Below are positions 17,647-28,000 of a stretch of DNA of 64,000 nucleotides, piece after piece; the first letter of the stretch is position 1; every line of letters starts with the position of its first letter. Position numbers and translations under genes: made by a program. The notes under the pieces are model-generated. The model had not been told where the DNA came from. It worked only from the letters and a program-made list of their open reading frames with translations, and searched no databases. The stretch is from a virus (taxonomy: Duplodnaviria > Caudoviricetes), in IMG/VR virus record IMGVR_UViG_3300035696_000029, positions 19,819 through 83,818 of that record, one strand, 5' to 3'.

Positions 17647-19629
17647 TTAACGTCTTTTTCTATGGTAGAACGGACTAACCACTGGAGTACCACCTCCCAG
17701 TCCCTGTTGGGTCATAATCCTACGTTGACGATCCAGGATTTTTAGCTCTTGCAAGCTGACTCCATCTAGCCCTAGAATAGGTGCGGCGGGTTTATTCATT
17801 TGCTCTTGCACAACTAGACTCAAACCTGTGGGATCTAGCATCATGCGTCCTTCTTCCTGTAACCAGTTAAGTGCCAAGAATGCATTACCTTGCGTAGCAT
17901 CGGACATATCGTCATGAGCATCTTTTTCTAGTGGAGCTTCGACCTTGACCATGTACTTGGTTGTGTACTGCGCTTCAACCATTTTCATTTCATGAATGTA
18001 CTTAGGAACATAAGGAAAACTCACCGATCCCTTATCAATATAGCCCTTTAAAGCAAAGGCCATTCGGGAGTTCATAGCAGGTGTAAGGTTTATCAACTCT
18101 ATATTATGAATTTGGTTAATTTCCAGCAATTGAACCAGCATTTGTCCACCAAATTGATCCGTGCCTCCTCGGAAGCAAGGCATTATCTGATTTAGCAATT
18201 TGAGCCAGTGAACTACATCCTCCAACGGGAGTGTTTTATAATTTATATACTTCTTAGTTTCAACATATTCATTCTGAGGCCAACCAGGCCACTCAAAAGC
18301 TTCTTTTACCATCATGCGATCAATGTAGTCAAAGATCAATCTGATGCCCGTTGCACCACCCGATTCCAAGTGAGAAATAGCAACGGCGGTAGCATCATGA
18401 TCAAAAGCCAAATCTATCCACCAGAAGTATTGACGACCAATGTTGAGAGGAGTAAAATGTGTGCAATTTAAACGGGCTGTACTAGGAATAACTTCTCCCT
18501 TTTCATCCCATTTACAATCGACACAAGCTTTCAATTGAGATTCTTTAATGTACGATTCGGACGATTCTAGGAATTCACCACCAAATTCGGCTTTCCATGT
18601 TAAAGAGTTCTTAGAATATTGATCGCGCAATTCCTCTTCAGGAATGCGAGGATTCATCTCTGCGGTAGAAACCCGCATAGTAAAGGTTTTGCTGTCGGCA
18701 CCTTCTTCGATAGCCATTTTGTGCAAATCATACATCTTACCAATCTTTTTCCACGGACTGCTGATGGATAAGATAAGACGATCGATAACAGTAAAGGGAT
18801 CATTTGTCTCAGGATCTATCTCAGTGTGAGAGAAGTTTGTAGTGGCGGGAGTAGCCGCGCTGTAAACTTCATCCGAAGACGAACCTTTAGCCGAACGGAA
18901 ATGAGCAAATTCATCAAATGCTAAGAAGACTGATGAAGGTCCACGAACCGCCGTAGTGGTACAAGGATAGGAGGCCACCTTGATGGTTGGAGTAATGTCA
19001 CGCTTATGACGATCTGCTTCGGATACAAACTTCATTTCCGAGTTGGAATTGACTCGGATATAGGGATTGAAGAAAGGACTACGGTTAACGTCTTCTTGCA
19101 ATTTAGAGAATAAGCGGTTAGCTCCATCGTCATCCTGTGCCAAGAAAGTAAAATCAATAGGTGAGCCGGGAATCAATTTCCAGAATTCCTGTGGCGAACG
19201 GATATTCAACAGACGATAGAGAGCATAACCTCCAGCAGCCGATACACACTGACTTTTCCCACCTCGGCGTCCAGCAAATACACAAGCTTCATGGTATCCA
19301 CCTTCAGGTATATCTCGCCAATCATTAACATTACAGCGACCTTGATCGTTTAGAATATGGATAAATTCGGCTTCAGAAACTTCTCGTTCTAGGACTGTGT
19401 GGAATGGGTCCCACATCTGGACCTTTACAGGCTTGTAATCAAAGGGGACACCATAGATAGCTTTAACGATAACTCTCTGAACAGGATAAAGCGTAATTCC
19501 GAGACCTAGAGGAGACTCAATGAAATCGATAGCATTGAGAATCTCATGGGAATCCTGAATGGTGCTGTGGACAATTTTTCCGAAAACACTACCAGCAGTT
19601 TTTCGGCTAAAACGTTCTTGACGTGGCAT
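17647..19629 (-). CDS. terL: Terminase large subunit
   Basis: Walker A AGRRGGKS, Walker B FLAFDEFAH, RNase H-like nuclease WWIDLAFDHD...HDDMSDA. Confidence 0.93.
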   Translation of the reverse strand: MPRQERFSRKTAGSVFGKIVHSTIQDSHEILNAIDFIESPLGLGITLYPVQRVIVKAIYGVPFDYKPVKVQMWDPFHTVLEREVSEAEFIHILNDQGRCNVNDWRDIPEGGYHEACVFAGRRGGKSQCVSAAGGYALYRLLNIRSPQEFWKLIPGSPIDFTFLAQDDDGANRLFSKLQEDVNRSPFFNPYIRVNSNSEMKFVSEADRHKRDITPTIKVASYPCTTTAVRGPSSVFLAFDEFAHFRSAKGSSSDEVYSAATPATTNFSHTEIDPETNDPFTVIDRLILSISSPWKKIGKMYDLHKMAIEEGADSKTFTMRVSTAEMNPRIPEEELRDQYSKNSLTWKAEFGGEFLESSESYIKESQLKACVDCKWDEKGEVIPSTARLNCTHFTPLNIGRQYFWWIDLAFDHDATAVAISHLESGGATGIRLIFDYIDRMMVKEAFEWPGWPQNEYVETKKYINYKTLPLEDVVHWLKLLNQIMPCFRGGTDQFGGQMLVQLLEINQIHNIELINLTPAMNSRMAFALKGYIDKGSVSFPYVPKYIHEMKMVEAQYTTKYMVKVEAPLEKDAHDDMSDATQGNAFLALNWLQEEGRMMLDPTGLSLVVQEQMNKPAAPILGLDGVSLQELKILDRQRRIMTQQGLGGGTPVVSPFYHRKRR

Positions 19630-19673
19630 TCAAACCCTTCTAAGTGACTGCTGTTAAATGGGTTTGATATTGA

Positions 19674-20201
19674 TCAGAAGATAACAAAGACTCGGAGACG
19701 ATATTCTTCGCACATGGGAGAATACATGTAGTAGACGCCTTCAGCATCATCCCATACAACATAGTAGCTATACTCATCGGCCCAGCATGCTGGCCAAGGA
19801 TCGTAAAATCCCCACCAGAATCCACCAATATAAAAGTGAGATCCGCGCTCTCGCGGCCACCCGTGCCAATGAAAGTCCCGTCCACGATATTCATGTTCAC
19901 GGCCAAAAGAACGGCCATAATGATCATTACGCAAACGTCCATCGCGAATATCTACATGAGGAGTACGATAGGCATTTTGATGTTGAACAGGTTGACTAAA
20001 TCTCGAGGAATTTGAAGATCTTGTAGTGGACCGATAAGTTGATGAAGTATTGGATCTAGGAGCAGAAGCATGTGTGCTGCCCATACTACCACGACTTGCA
20101 CCACCTCCACCTGAATGACTACCTCCACCATTATGCTGTGACAGAGCAACCGGGCTAAGTAGCAACATTGCTGCTACTAGAAAAAGAATCTTCTTTATCA
20201 T
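19674..20201 (-). CDS. Secreted protein with Gly/Ser-rich linker and His/Trp/Tyr-rich C-terminal domain
   Basis: Signal peptide MIKKILFLVAAMLLLSPVALSQ; HFYIGGFWWGFYDPWPACW...YYVVWDDAEGVYYMY. Confidence 0.65.
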   Translation of the reverse strand: MIKKILFLVAAMLLLSPVALSQHNGGGSHSGGGGASRGSMGSTHASAPRSNTSSTYRSTTRSSNSSRFSQPVQHQNAYRTPHVDIRDGRLRNDHYGRSFGREHEYRGRDFHWHGWPRERGSHFYIGGFWWGFYDPWPACWADEYSYYVVWDDAEGVYYMYSPMCEEYRLRVFVIF

Positions 20202-20216
20202 ATAGCCTCCATAAAC

Positions 20217-22070
20217 TTAAGTACTGTACATCTTGTAAGCTGGCCAAGTTTCGAAACGAGTCAAAAAACTGTTGTCAGCGTTTCGATCTGCCATTGCCCA
20301 AGTAAATTGAGCCGAACTCTTATAAGGATCTAAAGCAGGGAATGCTTCTTTGGCAGCTGCAAAATTAGGGAATGATTGAACTCCCCAACCATCCGGGGTT
20401 ATTTGACCATTTTTTACACCTACAACTTGAACAGGATAATCAGGTGAAAATCCTACCCATGCTGCTGTTTTACTAGAAGAACCAAATCGCGGATCTCGCT
20501 TTTTAGGAATATAATCTGAACCTGGTATCGAGCGAGGCACCCAATCTGTAACTGGACGACCCTTAGCTTCATCCCATTTTAAACCGTATTGAGCTAAAAT
20601 TTGTTTAGATTCTTCTACACTGGGACCGCCCATCACACCCAGCATAGGTGCGGGCATCTTTAGATTTTGTATCGCAATCTTTAATTGAGCATACTCAGGA
20701 GTGCCCTTTTCTGGCATTGGCTTTGTAATCTTAGTTGAAGGTGTCCGTCCATGACGACGATCGTATTCTTCTTTACCTTGTTGAACAGCGTTCTGCATTT
20801 CTGGATCAACAGGAGGAGTCAAAGCAGCTTTACTTGTTCGTTTTCCTACAGCATGACTAGCTTTGGTTTGCTGCATCATACGGAAAACAGGTGAGTCTTT
20901 GGGTTCGTTTTCAAAATAAGTCTCCCAATCGCGACGTTTGTTGGGATCGTTCTCGTAGTTACTTTCCCACAATTTGTAGAATTCATCTTCAAATGGAGCA
21001 AATTGCTCTTGAATAGCGTCATAAGCTTGATTGTAAGCTTCTTCACTCATGTTGCCCCAATTTCCAGAACGCTGATCTTGAATATCGCTAACATCGACCC
21101 GAGCAGCTTGTGAGAAGATCTTAGCAATATCTTCTCGGCCCTTATCCTTGAAGAATTTTGCTGTACGATGAATCATGCTAGGCACATTATATTCTTCGCG
21201 GTTACGACCCGAATAATTATCCCACAATTGCATAAAACCACCGTTCAGAACTTGAGCAACAACGATTTCCGCATCTTCTTGATAAGGATGAACTGCTGCT
21301 GCTTTTAGACTTGCTTTCTTAGGAAGAGGATTTTTCTCAGATGCACGTACTTCTTGTACAAGTTCACTGCAATTTATACGGAGGCCACTCTTTACCAATT
21401 CACCAATGATTTGAGGATAGTTTACCGTAACAACATGACCCTTTGATAATCCAATAGGTTCTGCTGATGGACGACCGCCATGAGTTCCCATAGGCTCAAT
21501 AGGAAAAGGAACAGGCATACCTTCTTGATAAACAAAGACTAAAGTCCACTCGCGACCAAACATGTTACCATATTGTTTTACGCAAGAATCAGGCAGTTGT
21601 TCTCCACCTGTCCAATTGGCATATTCTTGCTCAGCTTGTTCTAAGTATTGTGATCCTTTGTATTTAAGGACTAGTCTGTAACCTTGACCTTGTAAAGCGG
21701 AAGCAAATTGTGCCATATCTCCGCTTATTTCAGGAACAACAACAGATTTGGTACTCTTGAGTTTATCTCTAGAAATACTGAACGCTGCGTCAGGATCGCC
21801 AAGAGGACAAACTCTCCAAAGATTTCCTGTGCTTTCCAAAACTTCTACTGGTTCGCCTTTCCACATGTAAGTCTCGGGAGCTACACCTGGTGCAGCAGCG
21901 CCATCGGCGGTTTGTAAGAAAGCAGCAAAACGAGAAGGGAGACCAGTACGATCAAATGCTTTTCCTAATTCTAGGCTAGCTTGATCGCCAGCATTCTTTT
22001 GCACGCTTTCAATAGCATCACTGAAATCATCTGCTGTAATATGAAAATCTTCAAGTCGATTCTGGCTCAC
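20217..22070 (-). CDS. Modular putative head-internal protein with KxA-delimited segments (617 aa)
   Basis: KNA, KKAS, RTA, KAS and KTAA motifs separate distinct segments; co-transcribed with the 2249-aa gene. Confidence 0.6.
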   Translation of the reverse strand: MSQNRLEDFHITADDFSDAIESVQKNAGDQASLELGKAFDRTGLPSRFAAFLQTADGAAAPGVAPETYMWKGEPVEVLESTGNLWRVCPLGDPDAAFSISRDKLKSTKSVVVPEISGDMAQFASALQGQGYRLVLKYKGSQYLEQAEQEYANWTGGEQLPDSCVKQYGNMFGREWTLVFVYQEGMPVPFPIEPMGTHGGRPSAEPIGLSKGHVVTVNYPQIIGELVKSGLRINCSELVQEVRASEKNPLPKKASLKAAAVHPYQEDAEIVVAQVLNGGFMQLWDNYSGRNREEYNVPSMIHRTAKFFKDKGREDIAKIFSQAARVDVSDIQDQRSGNWGNMSEEAYNQAYDAIQEQFAPFEDEFYKLWESNYENDPNKRRDWETYFENEPKDSPVFRMMQQTKASHAVGKRTSKAALTPPVDPEMQNAVQQGKEEYDRRHGRTPSTKITKPMPEKGTPEYAQLKIAIQNLKMPAPMLGVMGGPSVEESKQILAQYGLKWDEAKGRPVTDWVPRSIPGSDYIPKKRDPRFGSSSKTAAWVGFSPDYPVQVVGVKNGQITPDGWGVQSFPNFAAAKEAFPALDPYKSSAQFTWAMADRNADNSFLTRFETWPAYKMYST

Positions 22071-22072
22071 TG

Positions 22073-25000
22073 TTATGCTCCTTGAGCTTCACGAGTTCCT
22101 ACAACGAACTTATACTTCATCACCATAGTGTCCGTATCGATGCTCTCAGCACGGACAAAAACTTCGTACACGAAGCCACCATCTTGTTCTTTATTCCAAA
22201 CAGCCGATTGTGCCCAAGCATCATTAATGGCATTCTGGATTTCTCCATCGTTCAATTTGTCTAACAAATACTTTACACGAGAAGCCGGATCAACAACCGT
22301 GGCATCTACAGGCATAAATCCTGGCTGTGCCTTTTCTACTTGAGCCAGTTGAACTTCACCCATACCGGGAACCTTATCCATCAATGGGCGAGAAGTAACC
22401 TTGAATGCTGAGACTAGAGCGGCTGCAATTTCACCGCAGACTTTCTTTAAGAATTTGGAGAATTGCTTAGGTTCGTCTGATGCTGCTACTTTCTTACTTA
22501 CAATAGCTAGAGCCGAACCATCTGGACCCGGAGTATACTGCTGATGAAATTCATCCGTAAACATCATACCACGGATGTCGTTTTCTTTACGAAGCGGAGC
22601 ACCCTCTAACACTTCGGGCTTACCATCACGACCTATGCCCGCACCAGCTGCAGGAGAAGTACTCACATAACTAAGTTTGGTGGTATCAAGAGATTCATCG
22701 GCTGCCTCGGCGATGTCGCTATCGTAACCCTGAGAAATGTCGATATCCTCAATCATAGGACTGTTGGTGTCGTTTGGATAGTCTACGAGTTCATGCTGAA
22801 GTTCAGGATAGAATTCGCGCAGAGCTTGTCCTGGGAAGAAGAAATTGAATCCTGCTTTCTTTTCAGCTGGGACTTTGTAGTATCCTTTTCCGTTGCACTT
22901 TACACAGTTAGGATTATCTTTTCCATTGCAGTAGGAACACTTTTCCCAAGTTTGACCTTTTTCGTCTTTCCACTGATTGCTTGATTTCTTTTCTTTCTTG
23001 AAAAATGGTTCCATATTACGTTCCTTCCGATCCTTTGCAGTTTTAGCTTCTTTCTTTGCAAATTCAACATCGGCTACTGCTTGAGCATCACTCGTGGTCA
23101 TGCCCTCGGCTTCAAGTTCGCGCACACGCTTGGCATAACCCGGTGGATCGTTTGGAGCATCTTGCTTCTTATCCCAACATTCTTGACAATATCCAAAATA
23201 AGGAACAGGTCTTTCTCTCCTGCATTCCTTACAGTTTCCTATTGTTGTTTGATGCTCGTAACCGTCAGCTTCTTTTTCTTGAATTGCACTAATCATCGGC
23301 GTATGTCCATCTATGTCCGTTCCACCATCAGCTCCAGTAGAACCATCATTTGTAATTGGTATCTTTGATGCTGAAGCAATATTGATAATCACCTGAGTTC
23401 CGGCATTACCTTCAGCTTTCGGGACAGTCACTTCTTCCACTTTACCTACACCAGGAACATGAACATCCGTTTCTACTCCATGATCTTTAGCCGCATTTTG
23501 AACTTGCTCTAATTCGTTTTCCTTTTCACCAATGCTCTTGCCAACTTCCATCTCCTGTTGAGTCTCAAGAGCCTCGCGCATAGCATTTACATTTCCGCTT
23601 TCGGGTGATTCAAGATTGCCCGGCAGAACTAAAGTTCCTGTTGCTGTCTTTTTAGGAATTGTTCCCAACGTGGAACAAGTAGTACACTGTTTCTCATTAC
23701 CACGAATTGCATGCTTAGTTTCACGACGACACTTTGAACAATATGAAGTCTGGAAACCGGAATTCTCATGCTCCTCAGCTGTCTTAGGATGAGTAGAAGC
23801 CCGAGGACATCCGCCATCCTTTGTCAACTCACACTTGCACACAGGGCAGTTGCCACTATCTTTTGCAGTCTTCTTGGAACCCTTCCGTTCGTACCATTCT
23901 GGATTTGTACTCATTAACTTTAGATATTCTACCGCACACTTTCGGCAAGCTGCTCTTAATTGAGCTTTACCGGATTCGGATTCTATATCAATTGGAACTC
24001 GAAGATCCCAAGCGACCGTTCTACCACACAGGGCAGGTGTATCGGCTCCGCCGCCTAACATAACTCCTTTCGGTCCCTTTTCACGAATATGCCAAGGAGA
24101 AGCACCACCAGCTGTTACCGTTTCACAATAGAAGAATTTCGCATTTGCTAATTTATCTTCTGGTAGTTCGGGAGACTTCTTGTTCCAAAAGGCTGCTGTC
24201 TTTGTTGATCCCGAATGAGCATGCATGTCTTGCAAATGTTTCTTAGCTTTATCCTCTGTTGTATGAGAAGAAAGAATCTTACCCGTTTCATGGGAATAGA
24301 CACACCATTCCGCCAGATTACCATCGGAGTTCCGATGTCCAGGACAATGCTTAACGTAAGCAACTTTTTGCATAGAACCAAATTTATCCACTAAACCCAC
24401 ATTTCCGCAATTATTGCACTTTGCTGCTCTTCCACCTTTAGAATTTATCCAAACAGTATTTCTACTCCCACAAACAGGACAATTTCCAGGTCCCCCTCCC
24501 TTCTTATCGCCAGCAACTTTTTCGTCTTCTAATTGTAATTCTTTCACGCATCCATCGCAAAGAGACGTTATCCGCTCAACAGGTACTTTTAATTTATGGC
24601 AACGAGTGCAGCCCTTTAAAAGTGCCGTTTTAATGGATGCTGTTTGTTTAGATTGAGGAACATGCTCAATTTTAAGATTAGAAGAGCTAACTGCTCCGCA
24701 ATTTAAACACTTAACTCCTTCTGGACATGTAGTAAGATCTTGGGCATTACACTCCCGTGCCACTTTTCCTATCTTTTTAGATTCATGACCTGTTCCATCA
24801 CAAGCACGGCAAACTCTACCATTTTGCATTCCTGAACCACCGCAAGCTTCGCAAACTACCCATGCTTTCTTTTCTATTTCAGAACTTGATTTCTCTTGCA
24901 ATTCTTTTTCTTTCAGCCAACCAGGAATGTTCGGCTCGCCTTTCCCAACTTCAGCGGGTTTCTTATAAGGCCGCAATTTATCCATGTATTTCTCAACCAA

Positions 25001-28000
25001 AGCATTTACCGCTCCTGCTGGCTTCTGGATGTTAGCGTAGTCTTTTTGAAACTGCTCGGCATCTGGACCACGTAGGACGTATTCACGTCCGTTCATAATG
25101 ACGAGCATGTGGAAACCCTCTCCATCTTCTCCTTCCTCAACGGTAATTGAGGCATTCTTGATGTAAGAAGCTACTTTTTCACGAGCAGACGATTCTTTGC
25201 GATGATAATGACCACACTTCGGGCAACGTTCTCCGCCAACTCCTTTGTTGCAACCGCATTGGTAACAATCAGCGGTCTTTACTGTTGCCTCTTCTTTCTT
25301 ATCGTCTTCAATTTTCTGCCAGCACTGATGGCAGAGTCCCTCATCATCTAAGCTACGATCCTTACCGCACTCTTTGCACTTTCCCATCTTGCGGGCAGTC
25401 TTTGAAGAAGCATTTTTAGCTAGATCTTCAAAACCAGACATATTAACAAAAGCTTTTTCTGTGAGATAACCATTTTGATCTAAATAATTTTTCTTCTGAA
25501 GTTCATTCAATACGAGAGGATCGGCATTTCCGCCTTCCATTGAATAATCAAAATTACGCCAATCTGTAATTCCATAATCATCAAGATTTATAGCTATATC
25601 GCCAATAAATTGCAATAAATCAGCAGCTTTTGCTGAAAGATCCAGTGCGGATGCAGTCTTAGATTCTTCCTTCTTTCCTTCTCGTTCTTTCTTTTGTTTT
25701 TCCCATTCCTCTTCATTAAAACCTTCTGGTGATCCTCGAGGAGAGCAGAATTTGCATTCACAACCATCTCTGTGGCCGCCAGCAGCTTTAGACTTTTCTT
25801 TTTTGCCTTTTGGGCATGACTTGTTGGCACCCTGAACAGACCATTTTTCTCCACAGTACTCACACTTGCCATCAACAAAAGAGTGAGGAGTAAACTTAGC
25901 AGCGGTCTTAGGTTCTTCCGATTCAGATTTTGATTCTTCAGATTTTGATTCTTCAACTTTCGATTCTTCAGGCTTCGGTTCTTGGGATTCCTGTTGCTTT
26001 GATTCCTGTTGCTTTGGTTCCTCATGCTTGGTAGCCGAATTCTCAAGAGCAGCGGGAACAGCCTGAGCCTGACTATCACTTATGGATCTTTCCTTCTCAG
26101 GAGTATCCGATTTCGCTGATTCAGGCAAAGCGCCAATCCCACCTCCTGGCTTAGGTTGTTTGTTGTTCTCATCATTAGGCACCTCAACCAGAGGTGCTTG
26201 ACCCATGTCCTGTAAGACTTCATTCAAGATGTCATCATTGCTAGGAACATCGTCAGCAAACTTACGACGATCCCCATACTTCTTCTGTAACATTGCTTCA
26301 TGCTTGGCTCGTTTATCCTGACTATGCTGCGAAGCAGCCACAAAACGCTCAATAGTCTCACCTTTCCAAGCAGATGAAGCTTGAATTTGGTACTCTGCAT
26401 TGTCATCAACATCGGCAGTAACTTCTTTGTTGATGATGTCGTTCAGAAGACCTATAGAATCGACATACTGAACAGTTGATTCAGCCATGTTGCGTGGATC
26501 GATAAAACCGTCTTCAATTAGACCAGCAGCATCTTCATCCCAAACATCAAGGACTTCTTTATCACAACATTCGTCCATCAAACGTATATTGAAACGGTCC
26601 CGCTCTTCCCACGTGGTCAAATGAAATTGATGACCTTTGTAGTCGTAGAATTCATTACGATCTTTGGCTTGCTTTATCAAACTGCCCTTGACACTTCTGT
26701 AACCACCGTTGATTACATTTTCTATAGCACGCAAGTCACGCATGAGATCTTGCTTACCATAAGGAGCCGCTTGAAGCTTTTGAACAATTGTAGCACGATC
26801 ATCGCCTGTTGCTTGTTCCAACTTTTGAATTTCTGCTTCTTGCCAACTGGTAAATTGATTTTCTATGGCTTTAAAAGTTGCACCAGGTTTTTCCAGTAGA
26901 CCATCGGTTAAATACTCGGCAGCAGAACTCAAAGTTTGGGATGGAGTTAATTCAGGATATGCTTTACTGAGTTTACCTGTAACAAGCATACGATCCCCAA
27001 CATATTCTACTAGACGGCGGAAACCGTAGCTGCGACGTGGATAGATATTTGTTAAACCCGGTTCTCCTACAATTACATCGGCACCGCAAACTTCCTGCCA
27101 ATGATCTCGTGGACCGCTATTTTCCCACATACCGTCAGAAATCTGACCCTCTAGTTCACAAGTCCACAGCCAAACTTGAGTCTTATTGGCAAAACGGATC
27201 TGCCCATCAGAAACACCAGCAGTCTTAACAGAAATGTCCGACAGATTACTGCTCTCGTGTATGCCGTAACCACCCGGAGCTTTAGGATCAAAGAAAGACT
27301 TTCTTGGACTATCTTTGGTTGCGGTCATTTGATACTCAATGGCTTGTTTCATGCCTTCAACACTATTGAAGCCACTAGGATAAGTATCCTGGATCCAACC
27401 ATAATCAACAGGGTTGCCACCACGTTGTTTAATAGCATCCACCATTGCTGGATTATTTTTGAAGAATTTTGGTCCAGTTGTGTGCCAATGGCAAACTCGC
27501 CCACCCTGAAGATGTCCTTCTATTTGCACATCAATACGACGATCTCCTCCAACTTCTTTTTCATAAGTAAAGGGAGCACTGCGGCTCGTGCGCTTAAAAC
27601 CCAAGGCACGAAGCTCTCTAAAATAATCTGAATCAGCAGTCTTAACAGCAGCACGCTTTGGAGTTCCGTCGGAATTCAATTCAATACCGATTGGTTCTTG
27701 TTCGCTTTCATGAGCTTTGGCTGCTTCTTCATTGAATTTGACTTCACTAACTTCTTTATTCTTCTTAGCATCGGCAGCTTCGGTACCTGGTCCAACGTTG
27801 GTTGTTCCTGCGGGTACACCATGTGGTGCTTCGCAAGCTTCTTTAGAAGATTTCTTTGTCTTTTGGCATTCAGCACAAAGTTTTTCTTTTGTTATTTGAT
27901 GGCATTCATTAGATCCACGATGAGCGGGGCAAGCATGATCAGAGCATTCACAAAAATGATCTTTTTTAGCAGCTAAACGAGGAACTTTCTGACTGCCTTC

